The notes beneath the pieces are model-generated. The model searched no databases, was not told where the DNA came from, and worked only from the letters and a program-made list of their open reading frames with translations. 64,000 bases of DNA from Octopus sinensis (Eukaryota): assembly GCF_006345805.1 (NCBI RefSeq), contig NC_043012.1, forward strand, positions 43,958,001 through 44,022,000. Reading direction: 5' to 3'. Positions 1 through 12,942 of this stretch are shown piece after piece. The first letter of the stretch is position 1. Each line of letters opens with the position of its first letter. The position numbers were made by a program, and so were the translations under genes.

Positions 1-121
1 TTTATACATACACACACAGATATACATATACATACACACACACATCCATATGTATGTCTGTGTGTGTACGTGTATGAATATAAATATATATATATATATT
101 GGTGCCATTGGTTGTACCATT

Positions 122-160
<39 letters not shown>

Positions 161-465
161 TATAAAATATATATATATAAAATAATATTATACATTGTCT
201 GACTCAAATTTCGACTATTTTCGGACTTGCTTCTGTATTACTATGTTTTCGTCATTCAAATTAATGGATGATTTAGCGATTCGCCAAAGGTCCCAGTTAG
301 TGCATATATTTACATTTATGTGCATTGTATACAGTATTATGGCATGTTAGCTCTTATTTCTAGCAATCTAGGTGTTTGTAACACCCTTGTCACATTTAGT
401 GACTGTTATAATTCTCCTTTTTGGTGAAACAGAGCAAACTAATGTTTATATTAATTTTACATATA

Positions 466-945
466 TGGTCTTGGGACCACTGCTTTTCATAGTGGCCTTC
501 TCATATATGCCCTCAGCTGCCCGGATAGCCGCCCTTACTAGCTACGCAGACGATACGAAAGTATCGCAGAAAATACAGGACCCCAGCGATGTTGCACACC
601 TGCAGCAGGAGTTGGACTCAATTTACAGATGGGCTGAAGATAATAATATGCAGTTTAATGCTGAAAAATTCCAAGCCCTGCGCTACCACCGTACAAAACT
701 GAATATAAGCTTACATGGTACACAGGTCCACAGAGGATTACAGTCCCAGAGCCTAAATCAGTGAGGGACCTGGGTATCGACATGAGTGATGATACCTCTT
801 TCCAAGTGCACATTACCAGGATGGCGACAAAGTGCACTCGACTGGCTAGATGGATCCTGAGAACGTTCAGAACTAGAGGGAAGGAAACCATGATGGTCCA
901 CTGGAGGACAGTCGTCCTGAACCAGCTGGATTATGGTCCCTGTTA
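466..945 (+). mobile_element. CR1/L2-type LINE reverse-transcriptase fragment (frameshifted)
   Basis: ORFs 372-764 and 761-946 give VLGPLLF...SYADDTK...W...N.MQFN.EKFQ.L then RDLGI..SDD..F..HI, the C-terminal half of a non-LTR RT. Confidence 0.8.
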
Positions 946-1044
946 GTGTATATGTTTACACTTATGTGCGTTGACTACAGCTTCAGAGGATTTTAGCTCT
1001 TATTTCTAGCAATATATATATTTTCATCGTTCGACATTTACGTG

Positions 1045-1075
<31 letters not shown>

Positions 1076-1220
1076 GTATGTATGTATGTATGTATGTATG
1101 TATGTATGTATGTATGTATGTATGTATGTAGGGAGAGCTTACGAAAAAACCAAAAGACGAAGACAGGTGGTGTACAAAACAAACAGATGTATTAGTATAA
1201 CGCTCAGAAATAGAAAAAGT

Positions 1221-1256
1221 CTTTTACGTTTCGAGCCTACGCTCTTCTACAGAAAG
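1221..1256 (-). ncRNA. Minimal type I hammerhead-like motif, core variant CUGUAGA, in a Penelope pLTR-like remnant
   Basis: Minus strand reads CTTT-CTGTAGA-A-GAGC(GTAG)GCTC-GAAA-CG-TA-AAAG. Stems I and II pair; core position 6 is U instead of A. Confidence 0.55.
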
Positions 1257-1285
1257 GGAAACAGAACAAAAAACAAGGAGAGAAT

Positions 1286-1331
<46 letters not shown>

Positions 1332-1530
1332 AAAGTAAGCCACATAATGTGTTAAATATGGGAATATATAGTACTCGAATACCGGAGGTAGAATATTATG
1401 CTTTATTATTATGAAAGCTGAAAAAAAAACATCACAAAAAATGAAAAGAAACCAATTTCAAATGTGTATCTGTCAATGTAAATTGTATATTTTATACATA
1501 CACACTTTATTTGCTCCATTCTCTCAATCT

Positions 1531-1574
1531 AAACTGTCCGACAAACGGTAACGTGAAACTCTGAGTAGCAGTTT
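1531..1574 (+). ncRNA. Decayed type I hammerhead motif (ACTCWGAGT family)
   Basis: AAACTGT-CCGACAA-ACG(GTAA)CGT-GAAA-CTCTGAG-TA-GCAGTTT. Stems are intact; the core has two substitutions relative to CUGANGA. Confidence 0.55.
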
Positions 1575-1711
1575 TTTGTGATGTTTTTGGTGCTTTACAA
1601 TAATAAACATATATATACATATATATATAGATATATATATATATATTATATATATATCTATATATATAATATATAATATATATATATATATATATATAAT
1701 GTGTACGTATA

Positions 1712-1745
<34 letters not shown>

Positions 1746-2455
1746 TTGTATTATGTATTTTGTATGTATGTATATATATATTATATATATATTCTTATAT
1801 ATATATATATATAAAACTTACTTGGAGAAGAGAAACAACGCGTGCGTTCGGTCATATAATAACAATATAATAAATAAATAAAACATATGCATATATACAT
1901 ACATATATATACATACTTACATCTATATGTATATATACATGCATATTTATATATATAAATATGAGTACAGGACACCACAAATAAATGTAGAACACAACGG
2001 GAAACGAAAACATAAAATCAAACAAAGAAACGGACTCTTTTTAATAACGAAAAAACTGAGTACAGGACAAACAATACAAGGAAAATTCCCCTTCGTCAGC
2101 TGCCCCTGGTTCGACTCAATGCGTGTTTCGAAGGTAAGGTCAGAACACGGCCAGGCCGAAACAATCCTTCCTGCAAAAGGAATTAAATAAAATTATTTTG
2201 CAGAGGGGTAAAACAAGTGACAAGAACAGGACGTAAAAGCAATACAAATGAAGAAAATAAAAGTACAAATAAAGAATAACAGGACAAGGAAACCAACAAT
2301 AAGGGCTTTTTTTAGGCCTAGACGGTGGAAAAATTAGTTAGAACGTGTGTGTGTGTGTGTGTGTTGTGTGTGTGTGTGTGTGTGGTGGTGTGTGTGTTTT
2401 GTGGTGTGTGTGTGTTGGTGTATGTATGTATGTGTATATATGTATATATGTATAT

Positions 2456-2519
<64 letters not shown>

Positions 2520-3529
2520 AATATTGATACGAGGTCAGTTGAGAAAAAAGTTCTATGACCCAGTTTTTGGTGTTGTAGTCGGAGGGTCTGGAAAAAAGTT
2601 ATTGCGCTTTGTTCTGTCATTTTGTGGGGAAGATTAATGAGTTTGGAAAATACCTCTGACCCTTTTCCGGTCAGGGAAAGTTTAACAAAAAATAAATCTA
2701 CCACCCTTTAAAATGCGACGAGCTGGGTTTGTTGAACAGTTGGCGAGAGAGAGCTGGCCTGGGTTGGTCAGTTCTGCCTGAGACAGTGAGTTGGCAACAG
2801 GGCAATTTGGCAGTTTGGCCAGACAGTGAATGTGGGAGACGTCAGGCGAGAGGCAACGACAAGGATGACAGTTGGCAGAAGGCGAGAAAGACAGGCAGAT
2901 AGCATTGGGGACATGTAGAGCGAAAAGGCATGGCTATTGTAGTAGGAGTTTGTAACGGTATGTTTTGTTAATGTTTTTGGTGTTGAAATGTAAAAAAAAT
3001 TGTGTCAAAAAAAAAAGAGAACTGTGAATTGAGGAAAAGAGGAAGAAAAGAAAGAAAGAGAAATACTTTAATGTTGAACTGTTTCGAACTCTATATTGTA
3101 TCAAAACATTATTTGTTTTGATTGTTTTCGGACGTTCTGTATCGTGCATGTCTTTGTTGTTTTTCTTTTTATTTCTGTTGCATGTTATTTTCTTTAATGT
3201 ATATGCTATGTATCACATTTTATTTGATGTTGTAATAATTGTATACACTGTTCTTAAACGTAAGCAATTGCCTTCCGCCGTCTCTCTCTCTCTCTATCTC
3301 TCTCCCTCTTCCTGTTGTTGTTGTTGTTGTTGCTATCTCTGGTCGCCGGTTCGAGTTCGCTGCCATCTCCCACTACCGTTTTCTCTGTGGCGGATTCCGT
3401 TCGACTAACCTGGTCAATCGTCGTCGCTCGACTTAGTAGGGTCCCGGGTTCGAGTTGAGCGACGGCAGGTTCGTAATAATATATATATGCGTATATAAAT
3501 ATATATATATGCGTGTATATATATATAGG

Positions 3530-3810
3530 AGACCCGCTTCGGTCATGAATGACCATGAGTTACCCTCCGAGGCACAATTTCGGATAAGGTTGTTTACGGA
3601 AGTACAGCAGTCGTCCATGCATGCCAGCCTCCCCTCTCCACACCACTGATGTTATCTGTTGGAAAGGCAAAGGCACCAGTGATGTCGCAACTCATTTCTA
3701 CAGCTGAGTGAACTGGTGAAACGTGAAATAAAATGTCTTGCTTAAGAACAAAACACAGCCCGGTCCGGGAATCGAACTCACAACCTCATGATTTAATCCC
3801 TGAGCCATAT
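3530..3810 (-). mobile_element. tRNA-derived SINE (family 2)
   Basis: Minus strand has the B-box-like GTTCGATTCCC followed by GTTCTTAAGCAAGACA, and a body shared with copies at about 5705-6010 and 7570-7880. Confidence 0.65.
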
Positions 3811-3845
3811 CTATCTATCTAAGTATCTATCTATCTATCTATCTA

Positions 3846-3883
<38 letters not shown>

Positions 3884-4011
3884 AAAAAATGAAGTTCGAA
3901 AATGCTGCTGTATTATACAATTTTTAATTTTTATATATATACATTATAACATGTTTCATATATATATATATATATATGTGTCTATGTATCTATGTATGTA
4001 TGTATGTATGT

Positions 4012-4093
<82 letters not shown>

Positions 4094-4099
4094 TTATCT

Positions 4100-4365
4100 C
4101 CCCTACTTTCCCTCTTGCGTCTCACGTCTGATCTCTGACTTCTGGCCGAAATCAGACCGCCATGTTGATTCGCTAGCTCCTGCACGCATTTTTTTCTCTC
4201 CTTGTTTCTCTCCGTGTTTCTTTTCTGCGTATCTTTCTGTTGAAGAGCGTAGGCTCGAAACGTAAAAGACTTGTTTTATTTCTATTCCTGAGCGCCATAC
4301 TAATACAATTGTTTGTTTGTACTCCACCTGCCTTCGTCTTTTGTTTATTTTCGTTAGCTTCCCGT
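4100..4365 (+). mobile_element. Penelope-like pLTR remnant; same family as about 1130-1290 (-)
   Basis: Reverse-complement similarity to 1130-1290; carries a hammerhead-like motif at 4233-4268. Confidence 0.55.
4233..4268 (+). ncRNA. Minimal type I hammerhead-like motif, core variant CUGUUGA
   Basis: CTTT-CTGTTGA-A-GAGC(GTAG)GCTC-GAAA-CG-TA-AAAG. Confidence 0.55.
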
Positions 4366-4370
4366 TATAT

Positions 4371-4443
<73 letters not shown>

Positions 4444-4471
4444 CATATATACATATACTTATATGTGTGTG

Positions 4472-4513
<42 letters not shown>

Positions 4514-4575
4514 CATACATACATACATACATACATACATACATACATACATACATACATACATGCATGCATGCA

Positions 4576-4607
<32 letters not shown>

Positions 4608-4921
4608 CTTATATGTGTGTGTGTAGAGAGAGAGAGAGAGGAGAGTGGGGGAGAGATGTACATATGCTTCAATAGCACACACGTTCACACTCAAACGCAC
4701 ACCCCAAAAAGGCAAAAACATTGCTAATTATCAAATAATTATAATTATTTTTTTTTCTTGAGGTCAGATGTCATCTGTTTCCTGCAATTCTGACAAATTT
4801 TTCATTCCAATGTATCACTTTGTATAAACATTTTCTCTGCAATGTGTATACGTGTATGTGTATCTGTTTATTGTTATACATTCATACGTGCATACATGCA
4901 TGCTTGCATACCAATATACAT

Positions 4922-4999
<78 letters not shown>

Positions 5000-5002
5000 A
5001 GG

Positions 5003-5038
<36 letters not shown>

Positions 5039-5532
5039 CAGACAGACAGACAGACAGACATGATGTAGCTATGACACTATGTTATGAAATCCGTCGGATG
5101 GAATTTGAAATTTACTCTATCCAGGTTACAAGTTCAGTTTTATTGCTGTAATTATTGGGGAACTGGCATATGTAACACACTGCCTAAATTACCAATCTTG
5201 AGAAATTAGTTTTCTCAAAACTAGAAAGGTGTAAGCTGATTCCAAGACTACAGATGCAAGCCACCACTGGAACTGTAAAAATCTGTAAAACTTTCCAGAA
5301 GTCTATCATTTAAGTATACATGAACATGTCAAGATATGTAGCTATATACATGAGAAGACATACATTAAACAAAACATACAAATCTGCACGCTTACATACA
5401 AACATACATGCATACATACATACATACATACATACATACATACATACATACATGCACACATACATACATACATATATACATACATGCATACATACATACA
5501 TACATATATGCATACATCCATACATACATACA

Positions 5533-5563
<31 letters not shown>

Positions 5564-6351
5564 CTTGAGAAAATACCCTGTTATAAGTGTTGAAATTCCA
5601 ATGAAGGAACATTGGATCAAGGTTAGAAACTGACTTTTTCTCTATAGGCAAGAAATCTTGAAATAAAACCGAACATTGACACATATACATGCATACATAG
5701 GTAAAGACGCCTTTAAGTCATGACTGACCTTGGGATTGCACCTAGAAAGTTCCCCTCCGAGGCACAAGTCTGGGCAAAGTTGCTCCTGGAAGACTAGCGG
5801 TAGCCCATGCTCAACAGCCTCTCCTCCCCGCACCACCGATGTCATCCAAGAGAAAGGCCAGGGCCGATGCAGCTTGGCACCAGTGACGTAGCGACTCATT
5901 TCCTCACCTGAGTGAACTGGAGCGATGTGTCTTGCTCAAAATCACAACACACAGCACGGTCCGGAAATCGAATTCACAACTTCACGATTGTAAACACGAC
6001 TCTCTAATCACTGAATCATGTATGCATGTGTGCATGTTTGTGTGTGCGTATGTAAGTGTACCTGTTTGTGTATATGTGGTGTGTGTGTGTGTGTGTGTGT
6101 GCGTGTGTGTATGTTACTGAGTTAACTTACCCGTGTATAAATTTACTTACATACCTGTTGTGAAGGCGGGCGTGTTTGAGTAAGATCGTGGTTTCGATTT
6201 CTTGACTGATCAGCGTGTTGTGTCCTTGAGCAAGGCACTTCATTTCACATTGCTTCAGTTTGCTCAGCTATAACGAGTACCAGCCTTCTCTCCGTCGAGC
6301 TCTTACATTCTGGGTCAAGACAGAGTCTCTTTGTCTCTCTGCCAACATTGC
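4576..6351. repeat. Copy 1 of an about 1.77-kb direct duplication flanking the assembly gap
   Basis: Near-identical to 6452-8221; differences are mostly 1-4 bp indels. Confidence 0.9.
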
Positions 6352-6451
6352 NNNNNNNNNNNNNNNNNNNNNNNNNNNNNNNNNNNNNNNNNNNNNNNNN
6401 NNNNNNNNNNNNNNNNNNNNNNNNNNNNNNNNNNNNNNNNNNNNNNNNNNN
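6352..6451. other. Assembly gap (100 N)
   Basis: Run of exactly 100 N. Confidence 1.
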
Positions 6452-6821
6452 CATACATACATACATACATACATACATATACTTATATGTGTGTGTGTAG
6501 AGAGAGAGGAGAGAGAGAGAGAGAGTGGGGGAGAGATGTACATATGCTTCAATAGCACACACGTTCACACTCAAACGCACACCCCAAAAAGGCAAAAACA
6601 TTGCTAATTATCAAATAATTATAATTATTTTTTTTTCTTGAGGTCAGATGTCATCTGTTTCCTGCAATTCTGACAAATTTTTCATTCCAATGTATCACTT
6701 TGTATAAACATTTTCTCTCTGGCAATGTGTATACGTGTATGTGTATCTGTTTATTGTTATACATTATTACGTGCATACATGCATGCTTGCATACCAATAT
6801 ACATATAATAGATAGATAGAT

Positions 6822-6876
<55 letters not shown>

Positions 6877-6878
6877 GG

Positions 6879-6916
<38 letters not shown>

Positions 6917-7940
6917 CAGACAGACAGACAGACAGACATGATGTAGCTATGACACTATGTTATGAAATCCGTCGGATGGAAATTTGAATTTACTCTATCC
7001 AGGTTACAAGTTCAGTTTTATTGCTGTAATTATTGGGGAACTGGCATATGTAACACACTGCCTAAATTACCAATCTTGAGAAATTAGTTTTCTCAAAACT
7101 AGAAAGGTGTAAGCTGATTCCAAGACTACAGATGCAAGCCACCACTGGAACTGTAAAAATCTGTAAAACTTTCCAGAAGTCTATCATTTAAGTATACATG
7201 AACATGTCAAGATATGTAGCTATATACATGAGAAGACATACATTAAACAAAACATACAAATCTGCACGCTTACATACAAACATACATGCATACATACATA
7301 CATACATACATACATACATACATACATACATGCACACATACATACATACATATATACATACATGCATACATACATACATACATATATGCATACATCACCA
7401 ATACATACATACATACATAATACATACATACATACATCTATCTGAGAAAATACCCTGTTATAAGTGTTGAAATTCCAATGAAGGAACATTGGATCAAGGT
7501 TAGAAACTGACTTTTTCTCTATAGGCAAGAAATCTTGAAATAAAACCGAACATTGACACATATACATGCATACATAGGTAAAGACGCCTTTAAGTCATGA
7601 CTGACCTTGGGATTGCACCTAGAAAGTTCCCCTCCGAGGCACAAGTCTGGGCAAAGTTGCTCCTGGAAGACTAGCGGTAGCCCATGCTCAACAGCCTCTC
7701 CTCCCCGCACCACCGATGTCATCCAAGAGAAAGGCCAGGGCCGATGCAGCTTGGCACCAGTGACGTAGCGACTCATTTCCTCACCTGAGTGAACTGGAGC
7801 GATGTGTCTTGCTCAAAATCACAACACACAGCACGGTCCGGAAATCGAATTCACAACTTCACGATTGTAAACACGACTCCTAATTCACTGATCATGTATG
7901 CATGTGTGCATGTTGTGTGTGCGTATGTAAGTTTACTGTT

Positions 7941-7972
<32 letters not shown>

Positions 7973-8221
7973 CGTGGTGTGTATGTTACTGAGTTAACTT
8001 ACCCGTGTATAAATTTACTTACATACCTGTTGGAAGGCGGGCGTGTTTGAGTAAGATCGTGGTTCGATTTCTTGACTGATCAGCTGTGTTGTGTCCTTGA
8101 GCAAGGCACTTCATTTCACATTGCTTCAGTTTGCTCAGCTATAACGAGTACCAGCCTTCTCTCCGTCGAGCTCTTACATTCTGGGTCAAGACAGAGTCTC
8201 TTTGTCTCTCTGCCACATTGC
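6452..8221. repeat. Copy 2 of the gap-flanking duplication (likely unmerged contig overlap)
   Basis: Starts immediately after the gap with the sequence found at about 4576, and ends where copy 1 meets the gap. Confidence 0.9.
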
Positions 8222-8324
8222 TACCGAAAACAAACTAGCGAAAACGTGATACCAGTAATGATACACACACACACACACACACACGCACACACACGCACAC
8301 ACACACGCACACCTGAACTCAATT

Positions 8325-8535
8325 TATCTTTTTCTTATTTCAGTCATTTGACTATGGCCATGCTGGGACACCACCTTAGGTTTTTAGCCGAACATATCGA
8401 CCACAGGACTTATTTTTTAAAGTCTAGTACTTATTTTATAGGCATCTTTTGCCGAACCGCCAAGTTATGGGGACGTAAACGCACCAACATCAGTTGACAA
8501 GCGGTAGAGAAGGACACACAAACAGAGACACACTC

Positions 8536-8567
<32 letters not shown>

Positions 8568-8725
8568 GGCTTCCTTCAGTTTCTGTCTACTAAATCCAGC
8601 CACAAAGCTTTGGTCGGCCTGAGGCTATAGTAGAAGACACTTGTCCAAAGTGCAACGCAGTAGGTCTGAACCCAGAACCATGTGGTTGGGAAGCAAGTTT
8701 CATACTACACAGCCACGCCTGCGCC
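8325..8725 (-). mobile_element. tRNA-derived SINE (family 1)
   Basis: Head GGCGCAGGCGTGGCTGTGTAGT...GGTTCAGACC, internal (TA)/(TG) tract, tail ending in GACTGAAATAAG. Related copies at about 14979, 21949, 35635, 42033, 50580 and 59790. Confidence 0.75.
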
Positions 8726-9145
8726 TATGTTTATAATATTTATTTCATCTTCCCGGCGGTATGGCTGGTGGAACGACCGAATGTGTTGTCATTTATATTC
8801 ATACACAAACTCACACATACATGCATACATATATATATATATAAACATGATCTATACAGGGCGGGTACTCTGTCCGAACGTAGAATGCAGTAGTTTGTTG
8901 CAGCCTGTCCAGAATAACAGGCCACTGGACATGCTTCAATGTGTGTGTGTGTATACATTTACATACATTCTCTCTCTCTCACCATTTATTTCATATATAT
9001 ATAATATATATATAATATTATATTATATATATATATATGCATATATGGATGAAATATGAAAACAAATGAGTTCAATACGCAAACAACGAGAGAACCAAAT
9101 GCAAAACAGGACAAGTAACACTAAGAAGATTCTTCATCGGTTGTC

Positions 9146-9176
<31 letters not shown>

Positions 9177-9192
9177 GACTCTCTCTCTTCTC

Positions 9193-9256
<64 letters not shown>

Positions 9257-9334
9257 AACAAACACAAGAAAAAACAGAACGCGAGTACGTGTACATGCAA
9301 AGTATTAACAGACGCTCAGGGAATGAAAGGAAGA

Positions 9335-9369
9335 GTTTTACGTTTCGAGCAAAGCTCTTCGTCAGAAAC
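9335..9369 (-). ncRNA. Minimal type I hammerhead ribozyme motif with intact core (dimer type)
   Basis: GTTT-CTGACGA-A-GAGC(TTT)GCTC-GAAA-CG-TA-AAAC. Stem I GTTT/AAAC, stem II 4 bp, stem III reduced to the palindrome ACGT, GUA triplet. Confidence 0.75.
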
Positions 9370-9510
9370 AGGAGACGGAGGAATCCATGAAAAAGGAGAC
9401 GGAGGGAAAAAATCGCCAACGATCCACATGTGGTTACATTTTGAAATATATATACATACATATATACTCTCTCTCTCTCTCTCACTCTCTCTTTATATAT
9501 ATATATTTAT

Positions 9511-9549
<39 letters not shown>

Positions 9550-10526
9550 GCAAAGTCTTATTGTTTCTACATATATATTAGGAAAAACCTACAAACTTTG
9601 TTTTCATGTTATTGTATTGCATAGGATTACTGACTTGATTATATTAACCTACCTTGATTATTATAAATGACCCAAAATAGGATGTTATATTTTATTTTAT
9701 ATGTCTTTCGTATATATTTTTATTAATGCACCCATTTTTTAAAAAGCAATGTTTTTTTTTTTTTTTTGTTTTTTTTTAAAAAAAAGCAATGTTGTCAAAT
9801 TTAGAATGTTTATATAAGTTGTGTATAGCAAAGCATATGTATTTGTAAGCATGCGTATCTGTGTATGTGTAAGTGAAAGTATGCTTGTGCTTAAGCAGCA
9901 TACACACGACGGTATGTATGTATCATTCAAACTTGTGTATGTATACTGGCCTCTATAGATGCCAATAACATCGCTAACAAGTTTCCCCCCCACCCCCACC
10001 CCTCTTTCGTTCCTTTTTCTCTCTCTTTCCTTTCTTTCGTTCCCCCTCCTTGCTCAGTATATGAGAATTGCTACATAGATGAATTTTAGCTGCGTGCGAG
10101 ACGGTTTTGCGTGAATATATGTAACACATGCATTATGTGTATAATTTAGATTCATATTCATACGTCTGTATATGTATGTATGGCGTTACGCGCATCCTTT
10201 GTGTATGTTGATATATATATGTGGATTTTAATATAAATATGTATTGCAGTATTTATAACAGGTTTTAATTCTATGCATTAATTTGTACTGTCTTCATTAA
10301 CGGCAATAGGTTTTTTCCTCGGTTTTTTCCTCGGATTTTATATTTTTTATAATTTTATAAGTTTTTTTTATTATATATATACATATATTTTGACCTTTTT
10401 GTTTATCGCTCGAAGATTGACCGTTTTTTTCTAAAGGGCCAATCAAACAAGTCCATTTCTTTTTAAAGGTGTAGCGTTTGTAAGAGTATAGATTGAATTA
10501 ATATATATGTTCCATTCTAGCAAAAA

Positions 10527-10564
10527 CTGTCTGATGAACGGCAACGAGAAACTCAGAGTAACAG
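10527..10564 (+). ncRNA. Type I hammerhead motif (ACTCWGAGT family), core intact, stem II closing pair mismatched
   Basis: CTGT-CTGATGA-ACG(GCAA)CGA-GAAA-CTCAGAG-TA-ACAG. Confidence 0.65.
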
Positions 10565-10735
10565 ATTTTGTTGAATTTTCTGCTGCTTAAAATAAAGTAT
10601 ATATATATATATGTAGAAAATAGTAAAAAGTGAAAAAACTACAGAAGGCTTGTTTTAAAAGGTTAAAGAATATATATTTAAGTCAATATGTCTGAAGAAT
10701 ATTATAAATTTTTTTCTTACAATGACATAGTTTAG

Positions 10736-10774
10736 AAGAAAGACCGGTTTCGCGTTTAGCTTTTCAAATTTCTT
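10736..10774 (-). ncRNA. Hammerhead-like motif with U3-A8 core covariation (pLTR, element sense strand)
   Basis: AAGAAA-T-TTGAAAA-GC(TAAAC)GC-GAAA-CCGG-TC-TTTCTT. Confidence 0.55.
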
Positions 10775-11768
10775 ACATCGTTATGTTTATGTTGAGAAGA
10801 GTTATCGTTATGTTTATGTTGAAAAGAGTTCTAAATAAGGGGAGGTAATAAGTGATTTCTTCCGGTGTAAGGAAGATAATCGCTTAAATTTTTTTTCCTT
10901 TCCTTTGGGGTGAATTTCTCTGTATAAGTATGTTGGGATGGTTAAGTCTGGGCTTGTTTTTTCAATGAAAAGTTTCCTCCTTGTTTAGTCTAGTTTGGTT
11001 GAGGATCCGAAAGCACATTGGTAAAATGGAAAGATTAAAAATTGTGGTAGTGTTGCTTTGCGCATTTCTCAATGTGCTCACTAAAAGGTATCATTCTGTA
11101 TTCTGGGAATGCAATCTGTTGTCGATGCAGTGTGCATCTACGTCTGAGTGATAGTCCCGTGGATCCCACGTAGTCTTGGTGGCAGCACGAGCATTTTATG
11201 ACATAAATTATGTTTTCAGAGGCACAAGTAAAATTAGATTTGATCTTGAATTTCTGTCCCTCTTTGAAGAGGAATTCTGATCCTTCTAGCAGGATTGGAC
11301 ATGTTGCACAGTTCGGTCTACCACATTTTTTTACTTTTGCATCCGTAATTTCAGAAAACAATTTTGCCTTTGTGAGAATCTTTTTTAAGTGATTTAGGTT
11401 GTTTGTAGCTTTTAATGATTTGGTGTATGTTTAGAATTTCCTTTAATTTGGGGTCCTTATGAAGTATTGGTAAATTCTGGGTGATGATGGTGAAGGCTTC
11501 TTTGTTTCTGGGGTTGTATGTAGATATGTAAGGTAGTATTTTCGGGGAAGGTGTGTTGTGTTGAACTTTTCTTAAAGTTTCTATGTTGATTTCTGTTGCA
11601 CGTCTGATCCCTTCCTCTATGAGTTGAGCTGGGTAATGTCTGTCAATTAGGGTGTTTTTGAGTTCTTGCAGTCTAAAGTTCCTGGTATTTTGTTCTGACA
11701 CTATTGTGCATATCCTTCTTGAAACATAAACATAACGATAACGATAACTCTTCTCAACATAACAACGT

Positions 11769-11807
11769 AAGAAATTTGAAAAGCTAAACGCGAAACCGGT
11801 CTTTCTT
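11769..11807 (+). ncRNA. Identical U3-A8 hammerhead-like motif in the inverted pLTR
   Basis: Exact reverse complement of 10736-10774. Confidence 0.55.
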
Positions 11808-11971
11808 CTAAACTATGTCATTGTAAGAAAAAAATTTATAATATTCTTCAGACATATTGACTTAAATATATATTCTTTAACCTTTTAAAACAAGCCTTCT
11901 GTAGTTTTTTCACTTTTTACTATTTTCTATATATTCAACCACGTGCTTTCACAAACCAACTTTCTTATCTA

Positions 11972-12026
<55 letters not shown>

Positions 12027-12300
12027 ATATATCTATATATATCAGTGCGCGCGTGGTGTGGTGTGTATTTAGATACATACAAAATAACAACTGAAATCAA
12101 TACTAGTAATTTTCCTCCTTAATATAGTAAGAATTTACCAAATACGCCTAAATTCAAACTCTTCACGATATCGGTATATACAATTGAAAAGGCATTAAAT
12201 TAAAACAGGTATCAATATATCATATTTAACGTTTATACGCCGCCGATACCCTGGATTTTGTCTAAAATAAGATTTCTTCGCAGACATGGTGTGTTAAAAC

Positions 12301-12343
<43 letters not shown>

Positions 12344-12495
12344 ATAGAGGTAAATCATTACATAATTTAATTTAAACTTAACTTTAAATCCTGTATGTAC
12401 AAGGTTATGTATGTATCGAAACATTTGTAGTGATTAAAAAGCTGCTTAACCATACTTTCTCTTCCTTTTGACTCTTTTACTTTTTACTTTATATG

Positions 12496-12545
<50 letters not shown>

Positions 12546-12744
12546 TGTGTGTGTGTGTGTGTAATTAGTGTACATTTAAACACAAGAAAGGTGACTTATG
12601 CTATAAGTACCAGTCAAAACGACCAAAATCCCATTTAAGAGCAATTTCGAAGGGAATGAAAAATAAAAACTTTTACCTTGTTCTTTTTGCCTTGTTGTAT
12701 ATATACATATATATATATACATATATATATATATACATATATAT

Positions 12745-12840
<96 letters not shown>

Positions 12841-12942
12841 GAATTTGATAGCACTTTTAGTTCGAGCGGAAATCTAGAGGTGATAAGAAGCCAAAAGGGT
12901 ATGCTCCCCTTTCAGTGTTCCCAAATCCGAATCAAGGAGTTC

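Larger units (their letters stand above)
10615..11935 (-). mobile_element. Penelope-like element (Neptune-type), 5'-truncated, with an inverted pLTR copy
   Basis: Minus-strand ORFs 11351-11701 and 11035-11361 encode the RT thumb/linker, a CGRPNCATC knuckle and GIY-YIG (IIYVIKCSCCHQDYVGST...HRQ...SEH). About 10615-10830 is the reverse complement of about 11720-11930. Confidence 0.85.

Noticed and set aside
2040-2105. Minus-strand CTGACGA motif near 2100 as a hammerhead
   Set aside because: Stem II-like pairing exists but the GAAA half of the core is missing; at best a heavily decayed relic.
4576-8221. 1.77-kb tandem duplication as a real segmental duplication
   Set aside because: The copies sit exactly either side of a 100-N gap and differ mainly by small indels, the pattern of unmerged overlapping contig ends; it needs spanning reads to be believed.
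8640-8725. tRNA genes at SINE heads (also about 21950, 35635, 42035, 59790)
   Set aside because: They have A/B-box-like motifs but no complete cloverleaf, and they continue into a shared SINE body.
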